DNA of 46,830 nt, from positions 1-46,830 of the forward strand of contig JAQWIX010000016.1 of NCBI GenBank assembly GCA_029248675.1, written 5' to 3'. Positions 20,182 to 31,214 of this stretch are shown piece after piece. The translations under genes were made by a program, and so were the position numbers. The notes under the pieces were generated by a model. It saw only the letters and a list, made by a program, of their open reading frames with translations, did no database searches and was not told the origin of the DNA. This DNA comes from Pseudomonadales bacterium. GTDB taxonomy: Bacteria > Pseudomonadota > Gammaproteobacteria > Pseudomonadales > Azotimanducaceae. How positions within the stretch are numbered: position 1 is the first letter of the stretch; each line of letters begins with the position of its first letter.

Positions 20182-20661
20182 ATGCCAGAACGCATCGTGG
20201 TCTACCCCGGATCATTTAATCCCATTACCAATGGCCATACCGATTTGGTTGAGCGTGCTCTAACACTTTTTGACCACGTGGTCCTCGCCATTGGCACTTC
20301 AGCCCAAAAAGATCCTTCGGTTGCTTTGAAAGATCGTATGGAATTATGCCGAGAAGTACTGGCCCCCTACGGCGACCGAGTCTCGGTAGACGGGTTCAAC
20401 AGCTTGTTGGTGGACTATGTTCGCTCCAAAAACACCCGGTTCGTGCTTCGAGGTTTGCGCACGGTCACTGACTTCGATTACGAATTCCAAATGGCCGAAA
20501 TGAATCGCTCCCTAGACCCAGAGATGGAATACGTATTCTTGCCAACGTCCCGGGACTGCTCGTTTATCTCATCCACCTTAGTTCGTGAAATCTCTGCACT
20601 GGATGGAGACATCTCACAGTTCGTGCACCCCGCGGTCATCGCCGCCATGACGAAAAGCTAG
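20182..20661 (+). CDS. coaD: Phosphopantetheine adenylyltransferase
   Basis: YPGSFNPITNGH, RGLR..DFDYE, FISSTLVRE. Confidence 0.97.
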   Translation: MPERIVVYPGSFNPITNGHTDLVERALTLFDHVVLAIGTSAQKDPSVALKDRMELCREVLAPYGDRVSVDGFNSLLVDYVRSKNTRFVLRGLRTVTDFDYEFQMAEMNRSLDPEMEYVFLPTSRDCSFISSTLVREISALDGDISQFVHPAVIAAMTKS

Positions 20662-20690
20662 GGACGAAAAGCTAGGGACAAAGAGCTAGC
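20649..20690 (+). repeat. 14-bp tandem repeat spanning the coaD stop codon
   Basis: GACGAAAAGCTAGG twice (20649-20676), then degenerate GACAAAGAGCTAGC. Confidence 0.85.
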
Positions 20691-20703
20691 GGCGAATCGA
20701 CAG

Positions 20704-21540
20704 CTAGCCTACGGGTTTCTGCCAACCGGAAAAGGTCTGACATGCTGGGCAGTAAACAGTACTGCGCTGACCAAGGATCTGCAGCTTCAGGGTGGTCGAG
20801 CAAATCCGGCATGGCGCGCCTTGTCGGCCATACACGTTCAAACTTTGCTTGAAGTACCCGGGTTGCCCATCGGAACCCACAAAGTCCCGAAGCGTGGTTC
20901 CTCCCACTTGAATGGCGTTAGCCAGAATCTGACGAATGGCATCGGCCAAATGCCCATAGGCTAGACGACTGACCCGGTAGGCAGCGGTGGAAGGCCGGAT
21001 CCCGGCACGAAATAGCGCCTCGGCTGCGTAGATATTGCCCACACCTACGACGATTTTACCGTCCATAATGTGGTTCTTAACCGCCACTCGGCGCTTTCGC
21101 GACGTCGCAAACAGATGGTCACCGGAGAATTCGTTGCTTAACGGCTCAACACCCAGGTTTTTCAACAACCAGTGGGCTTCAAAGGGGTGTTCGGCGTAGT
21201 GAAAACTGCCAAAACGCCTTGGGTCGTTGTAGCGTAGCCAAGGTCCGCCTTTGATCTCAATATCTAGGTGATCGTGCAGGCGAGGGGTCTCATCGGGCTG
21301 CACCACACGCAGGCTGCCAGACATGCCCAAGTGCGCTATCAACGCCCCAGCATCGGTTTCGATCAAAATGTATTTGGCGCGTCGGCTGACGCTTCTGACA
21401 ACGCTACCCGCAAGATGGTCGGGTAGCTCTACGGGCCATCTAAGACGATGGTTGCGCACACGGATCCGCTGGATCGTGTGCCCTGCAAGAAAGGGCTCAA
21501 TCCCCCGTCGAGTCGTTTCGACTTCCGGGAGCTCGGGCAT
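20704..21540 (-). CDS. mutM: Formamidopyrimidine-DNA glycosylase
   Basis: MPELPEVET, HLGMSG, DPRRFG, GVGNIYA, C-terminal zinc finger. Confidence 0.98.
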   Translation of the reverse strand: MPELPEVETTRRGIEPFLAGHTIQRIRVRNHRLRWPVELPDHLAGSVVRSVSRRAKYILIETDAGALIAHLGMSGSLRVVQPDETPRLHDHLDIEIKGGPWLRYNDPRRFGSFHYAEHPFEAHWLLKNLGVEPLSNEFSGDHLFATSRKRRVAVKNHIMDGKIVVGVGNIYAAEALFRAGIRPSTAAYRVSRLAYGHLADAIRQILANAIQVGGTTLRDFVGSDGQPGYFKQSLNVYGRQGAPCRICSTTLKLQILGQRSTVYCPACQTFSGWQKPVG

Positions 21541-21543
21541 TTG

Positions 21544-21699
21544 CTACTTAATCTTGCCTTCTTTGTAGATCACGTGCTTGCGGACAACGGGATCGTACTT
21601 TTTGATCTCCATTTTATCCGGCGTGTTCTTCTTGTTTTTATCCGTGGTGTAGTAGTGGCCTGTGCCAGCACTGGAAACCAACTTAATCTTGTCTCGCAT
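21544..21699 (-). CDS. rpmG: 50S ribosomal protein L33
   Basis: [19 protein letters not shown]...[18 protein letters not shown] (51 aa). Confidence 0.98.
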   Translation of the reverse strand: MRDKIKLVSSAGTGHYYTTDKNKKNTPDKMEIKKYDPVVRKHVIYKEGKIK

Positions 21700-21728
21700 A
21701 ATACTTTCCTTTTGCTCCGGGGCGCTTC

Positions 21729-21965
21729 TTAGACCTTGTGTCCCGCTGCGCGAACATCTTTTAACACCTCGTCGATGCCTTTCTTGTCGATGATACGCAT
21801 TCCATTGGATGACACACGAAGCTTCACATAGCGCTTTTCCGATTCCACCCAAAAACGGTGGTCGTGAAGGTTCGGCAGAAAGCGACGACGCGTCTTGTTC
21901 ATCGCGTGGCTGACGTTATTTCCAGCCATTGGGCGCTTGCCCGTGACCTGACATACTTTGGACAT
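21729..21965 (-). CDS. rpmB: 50S ribosomal protein L28
   Basis: [30 protein letters not shown]. Confidence 0.98.
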   Translation of the reverse strand: MSKVCQVTGKRPMAGNNVSHAMNKTRRRFLPNLHDHRFWVESEKRYVKLRVSSNGMRIIDKKGIDEVLKDVRAAGHKV

Positions 21966-22276
21966 AATTGGAGTCCCAAAAAAATTGAGGCGCGTTTATA
22001 CCAAAGTGGCGCGAACAGGGCAACAAAAGCCGCTGTAAAGGGCTGAATTTGGGGCCGAATAGCCTTTCGTGGCCCTTCTACTTGGTACTTGTTGGCACTT
22101 GGGCGGCCAATCATGGGCCTTCTGGTCCAGAGCCGATCTTGCCAACCTTTATTTCGTCTGAATTTCATATTTCGTCTGGATTTAATCCGCATACCAGTCA
22201 GCGCTCTGCTCATGGGCTAACAGCCTTCTTTTAATCCACTTTTTTACTCCGCCTTCTGCTGATCCCACTTCTTCCA

Positions 22277-22321
22277 ATTAACCCGCTCTTCATCAACCTG
22301 CTCTACATCAACCTGCTCTTC
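22277..22321. repeat. Three near-identical 15-bp tandem units in the rpmB-radC intergenic region
   Basis: ATTAACCCGCTCTTC / ATCAACCTGCTCTAC / ATCAACCTGCTCTTC. Confidence 0.8.
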
Positions 22322-22396
22322 AGCGGCTCTCTTCACGGCAGTTCCCGCCATCTGGGCCGTATTTCGCCAAAACCGCTGGAAGGCGGCCTTCGGCGG

Positions 22397-23167
22397 CTAA
22401 ATCAGCCCCCGGCTATGAAGGGAAACCCAGCCTCCTGCGCCAACGATCACATGGTCAAGTAGGCGGATTTCCACTTGATCCAGCAGATCCGAAAGCGAAC
22501 GCGTCAGAGCAATATCCGCCTGACTGGGTTCTGCGTTACCCGATGGATGGTTGTGACTGACGATGACGGCTGCCGCGTTCAGCTCTAACCCCCGCTTTAA
22601 AACCTCTCTAGCGTGGACGTGAGTACGATCAATGGAGCCTCGGAACAACACCTCAAAGCCCAGCAGCTCGTGTTTGGCATTCAAAAACAGACAGGCAAAT
22701 GCCTCATGGGGCAAGCTGCCCATCCGTTTGCGCAGATAGGCGCCCACGGCTCCGGGATCCGTAAATTTTTGCGATTGAATGAGATCGGTTTCGGCATCCC
22801 GGGCCGCAAGTTCTTGAATGGCCTTTATCTGGGTGGCCTTGGCCAAACCGACACCGCGAACTTTCAGCAAATGGTGCAAAGGAGCAGACAGCACGCCGCC
22901 AATACCCCCAAACTCAGAAAGCAAACGGCGGGCCAACTGGACGGCATCTTCTCCGGGCACCCCGCTCACCAGGCAAATACCTAGGAGCTCCGCCGTGGAC
23001 ATTTGCCCAGCGCCATACCGACTCAATCGCGCCCGAGGCTGTTCTTCTTCCACCCAGTTAGCAATAACGCTGCCAACCCCTTCAGTGTTAACCTTGTGAC
23101 TTCGGTCAACCAAGGGCTGCTCAGAGGCTTTACAGTCGCTTTTTTGCTGCCTAGTTTCCACAATCAA
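22397..23167 (-). CDS. radC: RadC/YicR JAB-domain protein
   Basis: W.EEEQPR, G.G.AK, HNHPSG..EPS.AD, LLDHVIVG. Start uncertain and possibly further downstream. Confidence 0.93.
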   Translation of the reverse strand: MIVETRQQKSDCKASEQPLVDRSHKVNTEGVGSVIANWVEEEQPRARLSRYGAGQMSTAELLGICLVSGVPGEDAVQLARRLLSEFGGIGGVLSAPLHHLLKVRGVGLAKATQIKAIQELAARDAETDLIQSQKFTDPGAVGAYLRKRMGSLPHEAFACLFLNAKHELLGFEVLFRGSIDRTHVHAREVLKRGLELNAAAVIVSHNHPSGNAEPSQADIALTRSLSDLLDQVEIRLLDHVIVGAGGWVSLHSRGLI

Positions 23168-23201
23168 TCACTCGTTCGCGCATCACACTGGGGAAGGGGC
23201 C

Positions 23202-24440
23202 ATGCCCAACAACACGTTAAACCTTTCAGGAAAACACATTCTGCTTGGCGTAAGCGGGGGCATCGCTGCGTATAAAGCGCCGATCCTTGTGCGCCGGCTC
23301 GTAGAAGCCGGTGCGATTGTGCAGGTGGTGATGACAGCCAACGCCCACCACTTTGTTACCACAACAACGCTTCAAGCGGTGAGCGGTCATGTTGTCCGTG
23401 ACGACCTGTGGGATCAGGCCGCAGAAGCTGCCATGGGCCATATTGAACTGGCTCGATGGGCAGACCATATCCTAGTCGCGCCAGCCACCGCGGGAACAAT
23501 AGCTCGGTTAGCCAATGGCGAGGCCTCGGACTTGCTGAGCACCCTATGTCTGGCCAGTAACGCGCCGGTAAGCCTTGCACCGGCAATGAATCAGCAAATG
23601 TTTGCCCATCCGGCCGTTCAGCGGAATCTGACCACGTTAAAAACAGACGGCTACCAGATCGTTGGCCCAGACAGTGGTGATCAAGCCTGCGGCGACACTG
23701 GCCTTGGCCGGATGACCGAGCCAGAAGAGATCGTACAGGCCCTGAACGCGAGCAGCGCCAAAATTGGCACTGGCCCATTGGCCGGTCAAACCTTGATGGT
23801 CACGACGGGACCAACCCGAGAGGCCATCGACCCTGTGCGCTACATCAGCAACCACAGCTCTGGCTTACAGGGTTTGGCCGTCGCTGAGGCCGGGCGGCAG
23901 GCCGGTGCGAGGGTGATCTTGATCGCAGGCCCCGGAGTGGACCCGTGTCATGGCGATATCGCCCGATTCAATGTCACCAGCGCACAAGAAATGTACGACC
24001 GTGTTCACGAGCACCTGCCCGAAACCGATCTTTTTATCGGCGTTGCTGCCGTAGCCGACTATCGGCCTGCCAACGCTCAGCAGCAAAAGATCAAGCGCCA
24101 CACCCAAGCCGAGGATCAGGTACAGCTGCCTTTGATTGAAAATCCCGACATCATCGCCTCGGTGGTTCAAGCCCAGCAGGCCAAGGTCGTTGTGGGATTT
24201 GCGGCAGAAACCAACGACACCCTGCAAAATGCTCGCGAAAAAAGAGCTCGCAAGAAGCTCGATGCCATCGTGGTCAATGACGTTTCAGATCAACGTATCG
24301 GCTTCAATAGTTTGGATAACGCAGTGACCTTGATCCACACCGGCGGCGAGATAGACTTTGGCGTTCAGCCTAAAACGGCTATTGCCGAACAGCTAATTTC
24401 CCAGTTGGCAGAGCTATTCGCCCCGAAGTTACAGGCCTAG
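23202..24440 (+). CDS. coaBC: Phosphopantothenoylcysteine decarboxylase/synthetase
   Basis: GGIAAYK, HIELARWAD, PAMN, ACGD.G.GR, IDPVRYISN.SSG, VGFAAET. Confidence 0.97.
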   Translation: MPNNTLNLSGKHILLGVSGGIAAYKAPILVRRLVEAGAIVQVVMTANAHHFVTTTTLQAVSGHVVRDDLWDQAAEAAMGHIELARWADHILVAPATAGTIARLANGEASDLLSTLCLASNAPVSLAPAMNQQMFAHPAVQRNLTTLKTDGYQIVGPDSGDQACGDTGLGRMTEPEEIVQALNASSAKIGTGPLAGQTLMVTTGPTREAIDPVRYISNHSSGLQGLAVAEAGRQAGARVILIAGPGVDPCHGDIARFNVTSAQEMYDRVHEHLPETDLFIGVAAVADYRPANAQQQKIKRHTQAEDQVQLPLIENPDIIASVVQAQQAKVVVGFAAETNDTLQNAREKRARKKLDAIVVNDVSDQRIGFNSLDNAVTLIHTGGEIDFGVQPKTAIAEQLISQLAELFAPKLQA

Positions 24441-24509
24441 CGCCCAGAAAACCCGAGCAGCCATTTTAATGCTGCGATACCACCAAACCTTGAGGACATT
24501 TTCTACGCC

Positions 24510-25901
24510 ATGAGCGACACACCAGCAAAACCCAGCATTGATCCTGGCATCTTTCGCGCCTACGACATTCGTGGCATCACCACGCAAAACCTCACGGAGC
24601 AAGTGGTGTATTGGATCGGCCGCAGTTTTGCCACCGCTGCGCTGGCAGAAAGTCAATCCACCGCCGTGGTTGGGCGGGATGGCCGTTTATCCAGCCCCGG
24701 ACTGGAACTATCCTTGACTCAGGGCCTTTGCGACGGTGGTATGGACGTTATCAGCGTCGGCTTGGTCCCCACACCGGTCCTGTACTTCGCGACCCATGCC
24801 TTACAAACCGGCACGGGCATCATGATCACCGGCAGTCACAATCCACCCGAATACAACGGCCTGAAAATGATGATCGGCGGAACCACCTTGGCCGAGGAGC
24901 GTATTCAAGCACTTTTGCACAACCTGCAAAACGACACCCTCAGTACAGGTAGCGGCGACACCTCTCACGTGGACATCGTGCCTAAATTTACCGAGGACTT
25001 ACTGTCAGTCTGTGAGCTCAATCGTCCCCTGAACGTGGTGGTAGATTGCGGCAACGGAGTCGCCGGCGGCGTGGCGCCAGCGATTCTGGAATCTCTGGGC
25101 TGCAGCGTGACACCGTTGTTTTGCGAGGTAGACGGCAACTTCCCGAATCACCACCCGGATCCTGCCGAACCAGAAAACTTACGAGATCTGATCAACAAGG
25201 TCACTGAGACCGGGGCCGATGTCGGTCTCGCTTTCGACGGCGATGGCGATCGCCTAGGCGTGGTCACACCCAGAGGCGAGATCATCTGGCCCGACAAACT
25301 CATGATGCTGTTCGCCGAGGACATTTGCTCACGACACCCTGGCGAAACCATCATCTTTGACGTGAAGTGCAGCAAGGATCTACCGGCAGTGATCCGCACC
25401 GCTGGCGGCGAACCGCTGATGTGGAAAACCGGACACTCCCACATAAAGGCCAAAATCAAAGAGACCGGCGCACCACTGGCCGGAGAATTTAGCGGCCACT
25501 TATGCGTCACCGAAAACTGGTACGGTTTTGATGACGCCCTTTTTGCTGCCGCCCGGTTGCTCGTGCTGCTTAGCCAAAGCGACGAAACAGCAGATCAGCG
25601 TTTCGACAAGTATCCGGTTACCGTGACGACGCCAGAAATCAAAATTCAAACCACCGAAGACCACAAATTCGCAGTGATGAAAACCCTCGCCGACACGGCG
25701 GATTTCGGCGATGGCCGGCTAACGCGGATCGACGGCATTCGTGTGGACTTCAGCGACGGCTGGGGCTTAATTCGACCCTCAAATACCAGCCCGGTGTTGT
25801 CCCTACGCTTTGAAGCAGATTCCCAGGAGGCCCTGAATCGAATCCAAAACGAGTTTCAAACCCAACTGCAAAGAGTAGACGGCGACTTAGCCTTTCTTTA
25901 G
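24510..25901 (+). CDS. algC: Phosphomannomutase/phosphoglucomutase
   Basis: IFRAYDIRG, TGSHNP, DGDGDR, GEFSGH, SNTSP. Confidence 0.96.
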   Translation: MSDTPAKPSIDPGIFRAYDIRGITTQNLTEQVVYWIGRSFATAALAESQSTAVVGRDGRLSSPGLELSLTQGLCDGGMDVISVGLVPTPVLYFATHALQTGTGIMITGSHNPPEYNGLKMMIGGTTLAEERIQALLHNLQNDTLSTGSGDTSHVDIVPKFTEDLLSVCELNRPLNVVVDCGNGVAGGVAPAILESLGCSVTPLFCEVDGNFPNHHPDPAEPENLRDLINKVTETGADVGLAFDGDGDRLGVVTPRGEIIWPDKLMMLFAEDICSRHPGETIIFDVKCSKDLPAVIRTAGGEPLMWKTGHSHIKAKIKETGAPLAGEFSGHLCVTENWYGFDDALFAAARLLVLLSQSDETADQRFDKYPVTVTTPEIKIQTTEDHKFAVMKTLADTADFGDGRLTRIDGIRVDFSDGWGLIRPSNTSPVLSLRFEADSQEALNRIQNEFQTQLQRVDGDLAFL

Positions 25902-27519
<1,618 letters not shown>

Positions 27520-27529
27520 CCCTCTGCCG

Positions 27530-28198
27530 TTACCTCACGCAGTGTTGGGTAACATAGGCGCTCATGGCCGCAAAGGATTCGCCGGCAGCCGCATCATCGG
27601 CTAGATAAGCCAGCACATCCGTAACGTGGGCAATGCTGATCACCGGTGCGCCCAGCTCATTGCTCAGACTGGATACCGCAGTTTCCCGCGCGGCAGCGTT
27701 GTCGGGATTGGTCGCTTCAGCCCGGTCCATAGCGATCACCACACCAACGATGTTGGCATCAGCCACGTTGATGAGTGCTGCGGCCTCGCGAATGGCCTTA
27801 CCCGATGTCAGCACATCGTCCAGCATCAGCACGCGCCCCTGCACTGGAGCGCCTACCAGTTGACCACCCTCACCATGGGCCTTGGCTTCCTTACGGTTGT
27901 AGGCCACCCCGGCGTCAATTCCATGCTCGGCAAGAGCTAGTGACGTAGCCACCGCGATGGGAATGCCCTTATACGCAGGACCAAACAACAAATCGAACTC
28001 GATGCCCGACTGAACAATGGTTCGTGCATACGCCCGCCCAAGGGCAGCAAACGCGGCACCAGAGGCCACAGAGCCTAGATTAAAGAAATAGGGGCTTTGG
28101 CGCCCAGACTTGAGAGTAAATTCTCCAAACTTGAGCACATTTTGTTTTATCAAAAACTCAATAAATTCGGTCTTGTCTTTCTCTAGCTGATTTGACAT
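27530..28198 (-). CDS. pyrE: Orotate phosphoribosyltransferase
   Basis: FTLKSGRQSPYFFN, FGPAYKGIP, RKEAK.HGEGG, LDDVLTSG. Confidence 0.97.
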   Translation of the reverse strand: MSNQLEKDKTEFIEFLIKQNVLKFGEFTLKSGRQSPYFFNLGSVASGAAFAALGRAYARTIVQSGIEFDLLFGPAYKGIPIAVATSLALAEHGIDAGVAYNRKEAKAHGEGGQLVGAPVQGRVLMLDDVLTSGKAIREAAALINVADANIVGVVIAMDRAEATNPDNAAARETAVSSLSNELGAPVISIAHVTDVLAYLADDAAAGESFAAMSAYVTQHCVR

Positions 28199-28305
28199 CG
28201 GCAACCCTTTTTCCGTTGTTCCGCCTGGGTATCTAACCTTCTTTTAGCGCTTTTTATAACGTTTTGCTAAACGATGTAGTCCAACTGCTCAGTGCCGCCT
28301 AAAAC

Positions 28306-29007
28306 CTAACCTTCCTGCAAGGCCGCCTGCTGTAAAGCCAGCAACTGCTCGGTGCCTTGTTCGGCCAAATCGATTAGGGAGGCCAGCTCTGCCTTTGTAA
28401 ATGGCGCGGCCTCGCCCGTACCTTGCAGCTCAATAAAGCCGTCGCCCAACCGCACGACGTTCATGTCGGTTTCGGCGTTGGAATCTTCAGCGTAGTCCAG
28501 GTCTAACACCGGCGTTCCTTTATAAATGCCCACGCTCACGGAGGAGACAAAACCCACAAGGGCGTCCTCAGCGGGAATGCTCTTAATGGCGTCCGCCAGC
28601 GCCAAAGCACCGCCAGTAATAGAGGCTGTTCGAGTACCCCCATCGGCCTGAATCACATCGCAGTCGATTCGAATGGTGCGTTCACCCAGTTTCTTCATAT
28701 CCACCATGGCTCGCAACGAACGACCGATCAAACGCTGAATTTCTACCGTGCGTCCATTTTGCTTGCCTCGCGCCGCTTCCCGGTCATTGCGAGTGTTGGT
28801 CGCTCCCGGCAGCATGCCGTATTCAGCGGTCACCCAACCCTCACCGCGGCCGCGTAAAAACCCTGGCACGGAGTTTTCTACCGAGGCCGTGCAAATCACC
28901 TTGGTATCGCCAAATTCCACTAGCACCGATCCGGCTGCGTGTTTGGTGAAGCGCCGGGTAAAGCGGACATTGCGAAGTTCGTCGGTGGCTCTTCCACTGG
29001 GTCGCAT
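28306..29007 (-). CDS. rph: Ribonuclease PH
   Basis: [40 protein letters not shown]; AGGAG Shine-Dalgarno. Confidence 0.98.
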   Translation of the reverse strand: MRPSGRATDELRNVRFTRRFTKHAAGSVLVEFGDTKVICTASVENSVPGFLRGRGEGWVTAEYGMLPGATNTRNDREAARGKQNGRTVEIQRLIGRSLRAMVDMKKLGERTIRIDCDVIQADGGTRTASITGGALALADAIKSIPAEDALVGFVSSVSVGIYKGTPVLDLDYAEDSNAETDMNVVRLGDGFIELQGTGEAAPFTKAELASLIDLAEQGTEQLLALQQAALQEG

Positions 29008-29208
29008 AGGATCTCCTAATTTGTTGTGTTATCGGACTTCTAAGGCTCAGTTGATCGCTGGCACGAATGGACCGGGCCTTAGGGTACGGGACGTGGCGAA
29101 CCGTAAGGAAGTTCGCATACCGACACAATAGAAATTTACCGCTCAGGGCTTCATCGCATCAATCGGGGATACGTTAGACTGACCACCCCGCACCACCGAC
29201 GGATTTGC

Positions 29209-30078
29209 ATGAGCAGCATCTTCAGTATGACCGGCTTTGCCCGAGCCGAAACCAGGACCAGCGACTTTCAGCTGATTTGGGAAATTAAAACTGTTAATCA
29301 CCGATATTTGGAAACCACGTTCAAGCTACCCGAGTCTCTTAGAGGCGTTTAGCATGCGCTTCGTGAGCGGGTAAGAGACCGGCTAGGTCGCGGAAAGTTA
29401 GACGCCGTGCTGAAGCTGGAAGGAGGCCAGAATGCAGGGCCTCTGACTGTGAACCGTTCACTGCTTCAAAGCCTGATTGACAGCGCCCAAGACATCGCTG
29501 ATTTGGCACCGGGCGCAGCCCCCATCACCCAAGGCCAATTGATGGCGTGGCAGGGCGTCATGGTGCCGTCGGACACCTTGCTAGATGACATTACCCAAGC
29601 CACCCTGCGGCTCTTTGACGAAGGCTTGGAGCGCCTGATCGAAAGCCGCGCCGCAGAAGGTAAGAGGTTGCATCAAATACTGCTGGGGAATCTGGATGCT
29701 ATCGGTCAGCAGCTAAGTACCCTAGAACCCATTGCCAACAGCTTGCCCCAGCTACAGCAACAACGACTGCAAGAACGAGTGGCGGCGCTGGAAACCAAGA
29801 TCGACGACGAACGCATGGCTCAAGAAGTCGCCTTGCTGGCCCAAAAAGCCGACGTTCGGGAAGAGCTTGACCGTTTGAGCATCCACATAGATCAGGCCCG
29901 GTCTTTAATTCACTCCAGCGGCCCACACGGGCGGCGATTGGACTTTTTGACCCAAGAACTCAATCGTGAAGCCAACACGTTGGGAGCCAAGGCCATTTGC
30001 AGCGAGATATCCAACGCGTCCATCGAGCTTAAGGTGATCGTTGAGCAAATTCGCGAACAGGTGCAGAACATTCAGTAA
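29209..30078 (+). pseudogene. yicC: YicC family endoribonuclease interrupted by an in-frame TAG at 29350-29352 (pseudogene or sequence error)
   Basis: MSSIFSMTGFAR..WEIKTVNHRYLE..LPESLRGV*HALRERVRDRLGRGK continues in frame into the tracked ORF containing GRRLDFL.QELNREANT and EQIREQVQNI. Confidence 0.88.
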
Positions 30079-30214
30079 CGGTTGTTCGGTTAAGAGCACC
30101 CGGCTCAGCTTAAAATCAGGCACGGTGATATGGGCAGGATGCAAAAACCTTGATTAGAATGTTCCCGCTCAGTCACGCAACTGCCGCCGATCAGAGGCCT
30201 AAGAAGAATACGTC

Positions 30215-30829
30215 ATGCAAACCGGTAACCTTTTCCTAGTATCCGCTCCATCCGGAGCAGGCAAAACCTCTATCGTCAACGCTGCCTTGGCTGCGGATTC
30301 AGACACCACGGTTTCGGTAAGCCACACGACCCGTCCGGCTCGGGGCGGCGAGATAGATGGCGACAATTACTTTTTTGTCGGTGACGATGAATTTACCCAG
30401 ATGATTGAAAACGGTGAGTTCCTCGAACATGCCAACGTCTTCGGCAAGCGCTATGGCACCTCCAAGGCAGAAGTGGAGCGCAAGCGCAGCGCGGGCAAAA
30501 ATGTCATTCTGGAAATCGACTGGCAGGGTGCCCAACAGGTTCGCGAGGTTTTGCCTGAAGCCACCAGTATTTTTATCCTGCCGCCATCAGTGGAAGAACT
30601 GGCCCAGCGGCTCAATACCCGGGGCGAAGACAGTGCCCAGAGCATTGAAAAACGCCTCAGCGAGGCTAAGCTGGATATGTCCCAGGCCAAGCACTTCGAC
30701 TTTTTGGTCATCAATGCGGACTTCGACAGCGCCGTATCAGACTTCCTGAAGATCATTCAGGTAGCAGGCTTGAGAACGGCAGTTCAGACTCAGCGGCAGG
30801 AAATTGTCGAGCTTATCCAAGCGGACTAA
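30215..30829 (+). CDS. gmk: Guanylate kinase
   Basis: SAPSGAGKT, SHTTRP.R.GE, YGTS, LEIDWQGA. Confidence 0.98.
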   Translation: MQTGNLFLVSAPSGAGKTSIVNAALAADSDTTVSVSHTTRPARGGEIDGDNYFFVGDDEFTQMIENGEFLEHANVFGKRYGTSKAEVERKRSAGKNVILEIDWQGAQQVREVLPEATSIFILPPSVEELAQRLNTRGEDSAQSIEKRLSEAKLDMSQAKHFDFLVINADFDSAVSDFLKIIQVAGLRTAVQTQRQEIVELIQAD

Positions 30830-30917
30830 CTGCCTCCGCTGTGGTTTGCTGATCTTGTGCTGACGCCAAGCGATCTGTATCCTCATTTTCCTTTTTGACT
30901 TCTGTGACGAGAATTTT

Positions 30918-31214
30918 ATGGCCCGCATTACTGTAGAGGACTGCTTAGATCACGTAGACAACCGCTTCGACTTGGTCATGTTGGCAAGTCGCCGCGCCCG
31001 TGCTCTGCGTAACTACAACACCGAAGCGCTGGTCGATGAAGAGAACGACAAGCCAACGGTTATCGCACTGCGAGAAATCGCTAAGGGCGTCATGAGTCAC
31101 GAGCTGTTAGACAGTCAGGAGATTTCGCCAGACGATGAAGAAGTTCAAACAGACTTCAGCATCTCGAGCCTGGAAGCCAACAGGTTAGGAGACGATGAGC
31201 CTGCCGCAGGCTGA
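30918..31214 (+). CDS. rpoZ: RNA polymerase omega subunit
   Basis: [29 protein letters not shown]. Confidence 0.98.
   Translation: MARITVEDCLDHVDNRFDLVMLASRRARALRNYNTEALVDEENDKPTVIALREIAKGVMSHELLDSQEISPDDEEVQTDFSISSLEANRLGDDEPAAG

Noticed and set aside
21899-22213. 104-aa basic ORF on the minus strand upstream of rpmB
   Set aside because: Overlaps rpmB out of frame, covers its probable promoter and has no recognisable motif.
22277-22321. Possible CRISPR-like array
   Set aside because: Units are 15 bp, directly adjacent with no spacers, and no cas genes are present.
22397-23167. radC as a marker of a mobile element
   Set aside because: It is the full-length chromosomal copy in the canonical coaBC/radC-rpmB-rpmG context.
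29350-29352. Genome-wide amber recoding (TAG as sense) to explain the yicC stop
   Set aside because: Many conserved genes (rpmG, rubredoxin, rpoH, coaD, algC) end in TAG at their expected C-termini, and no other gene has an internal TAG.
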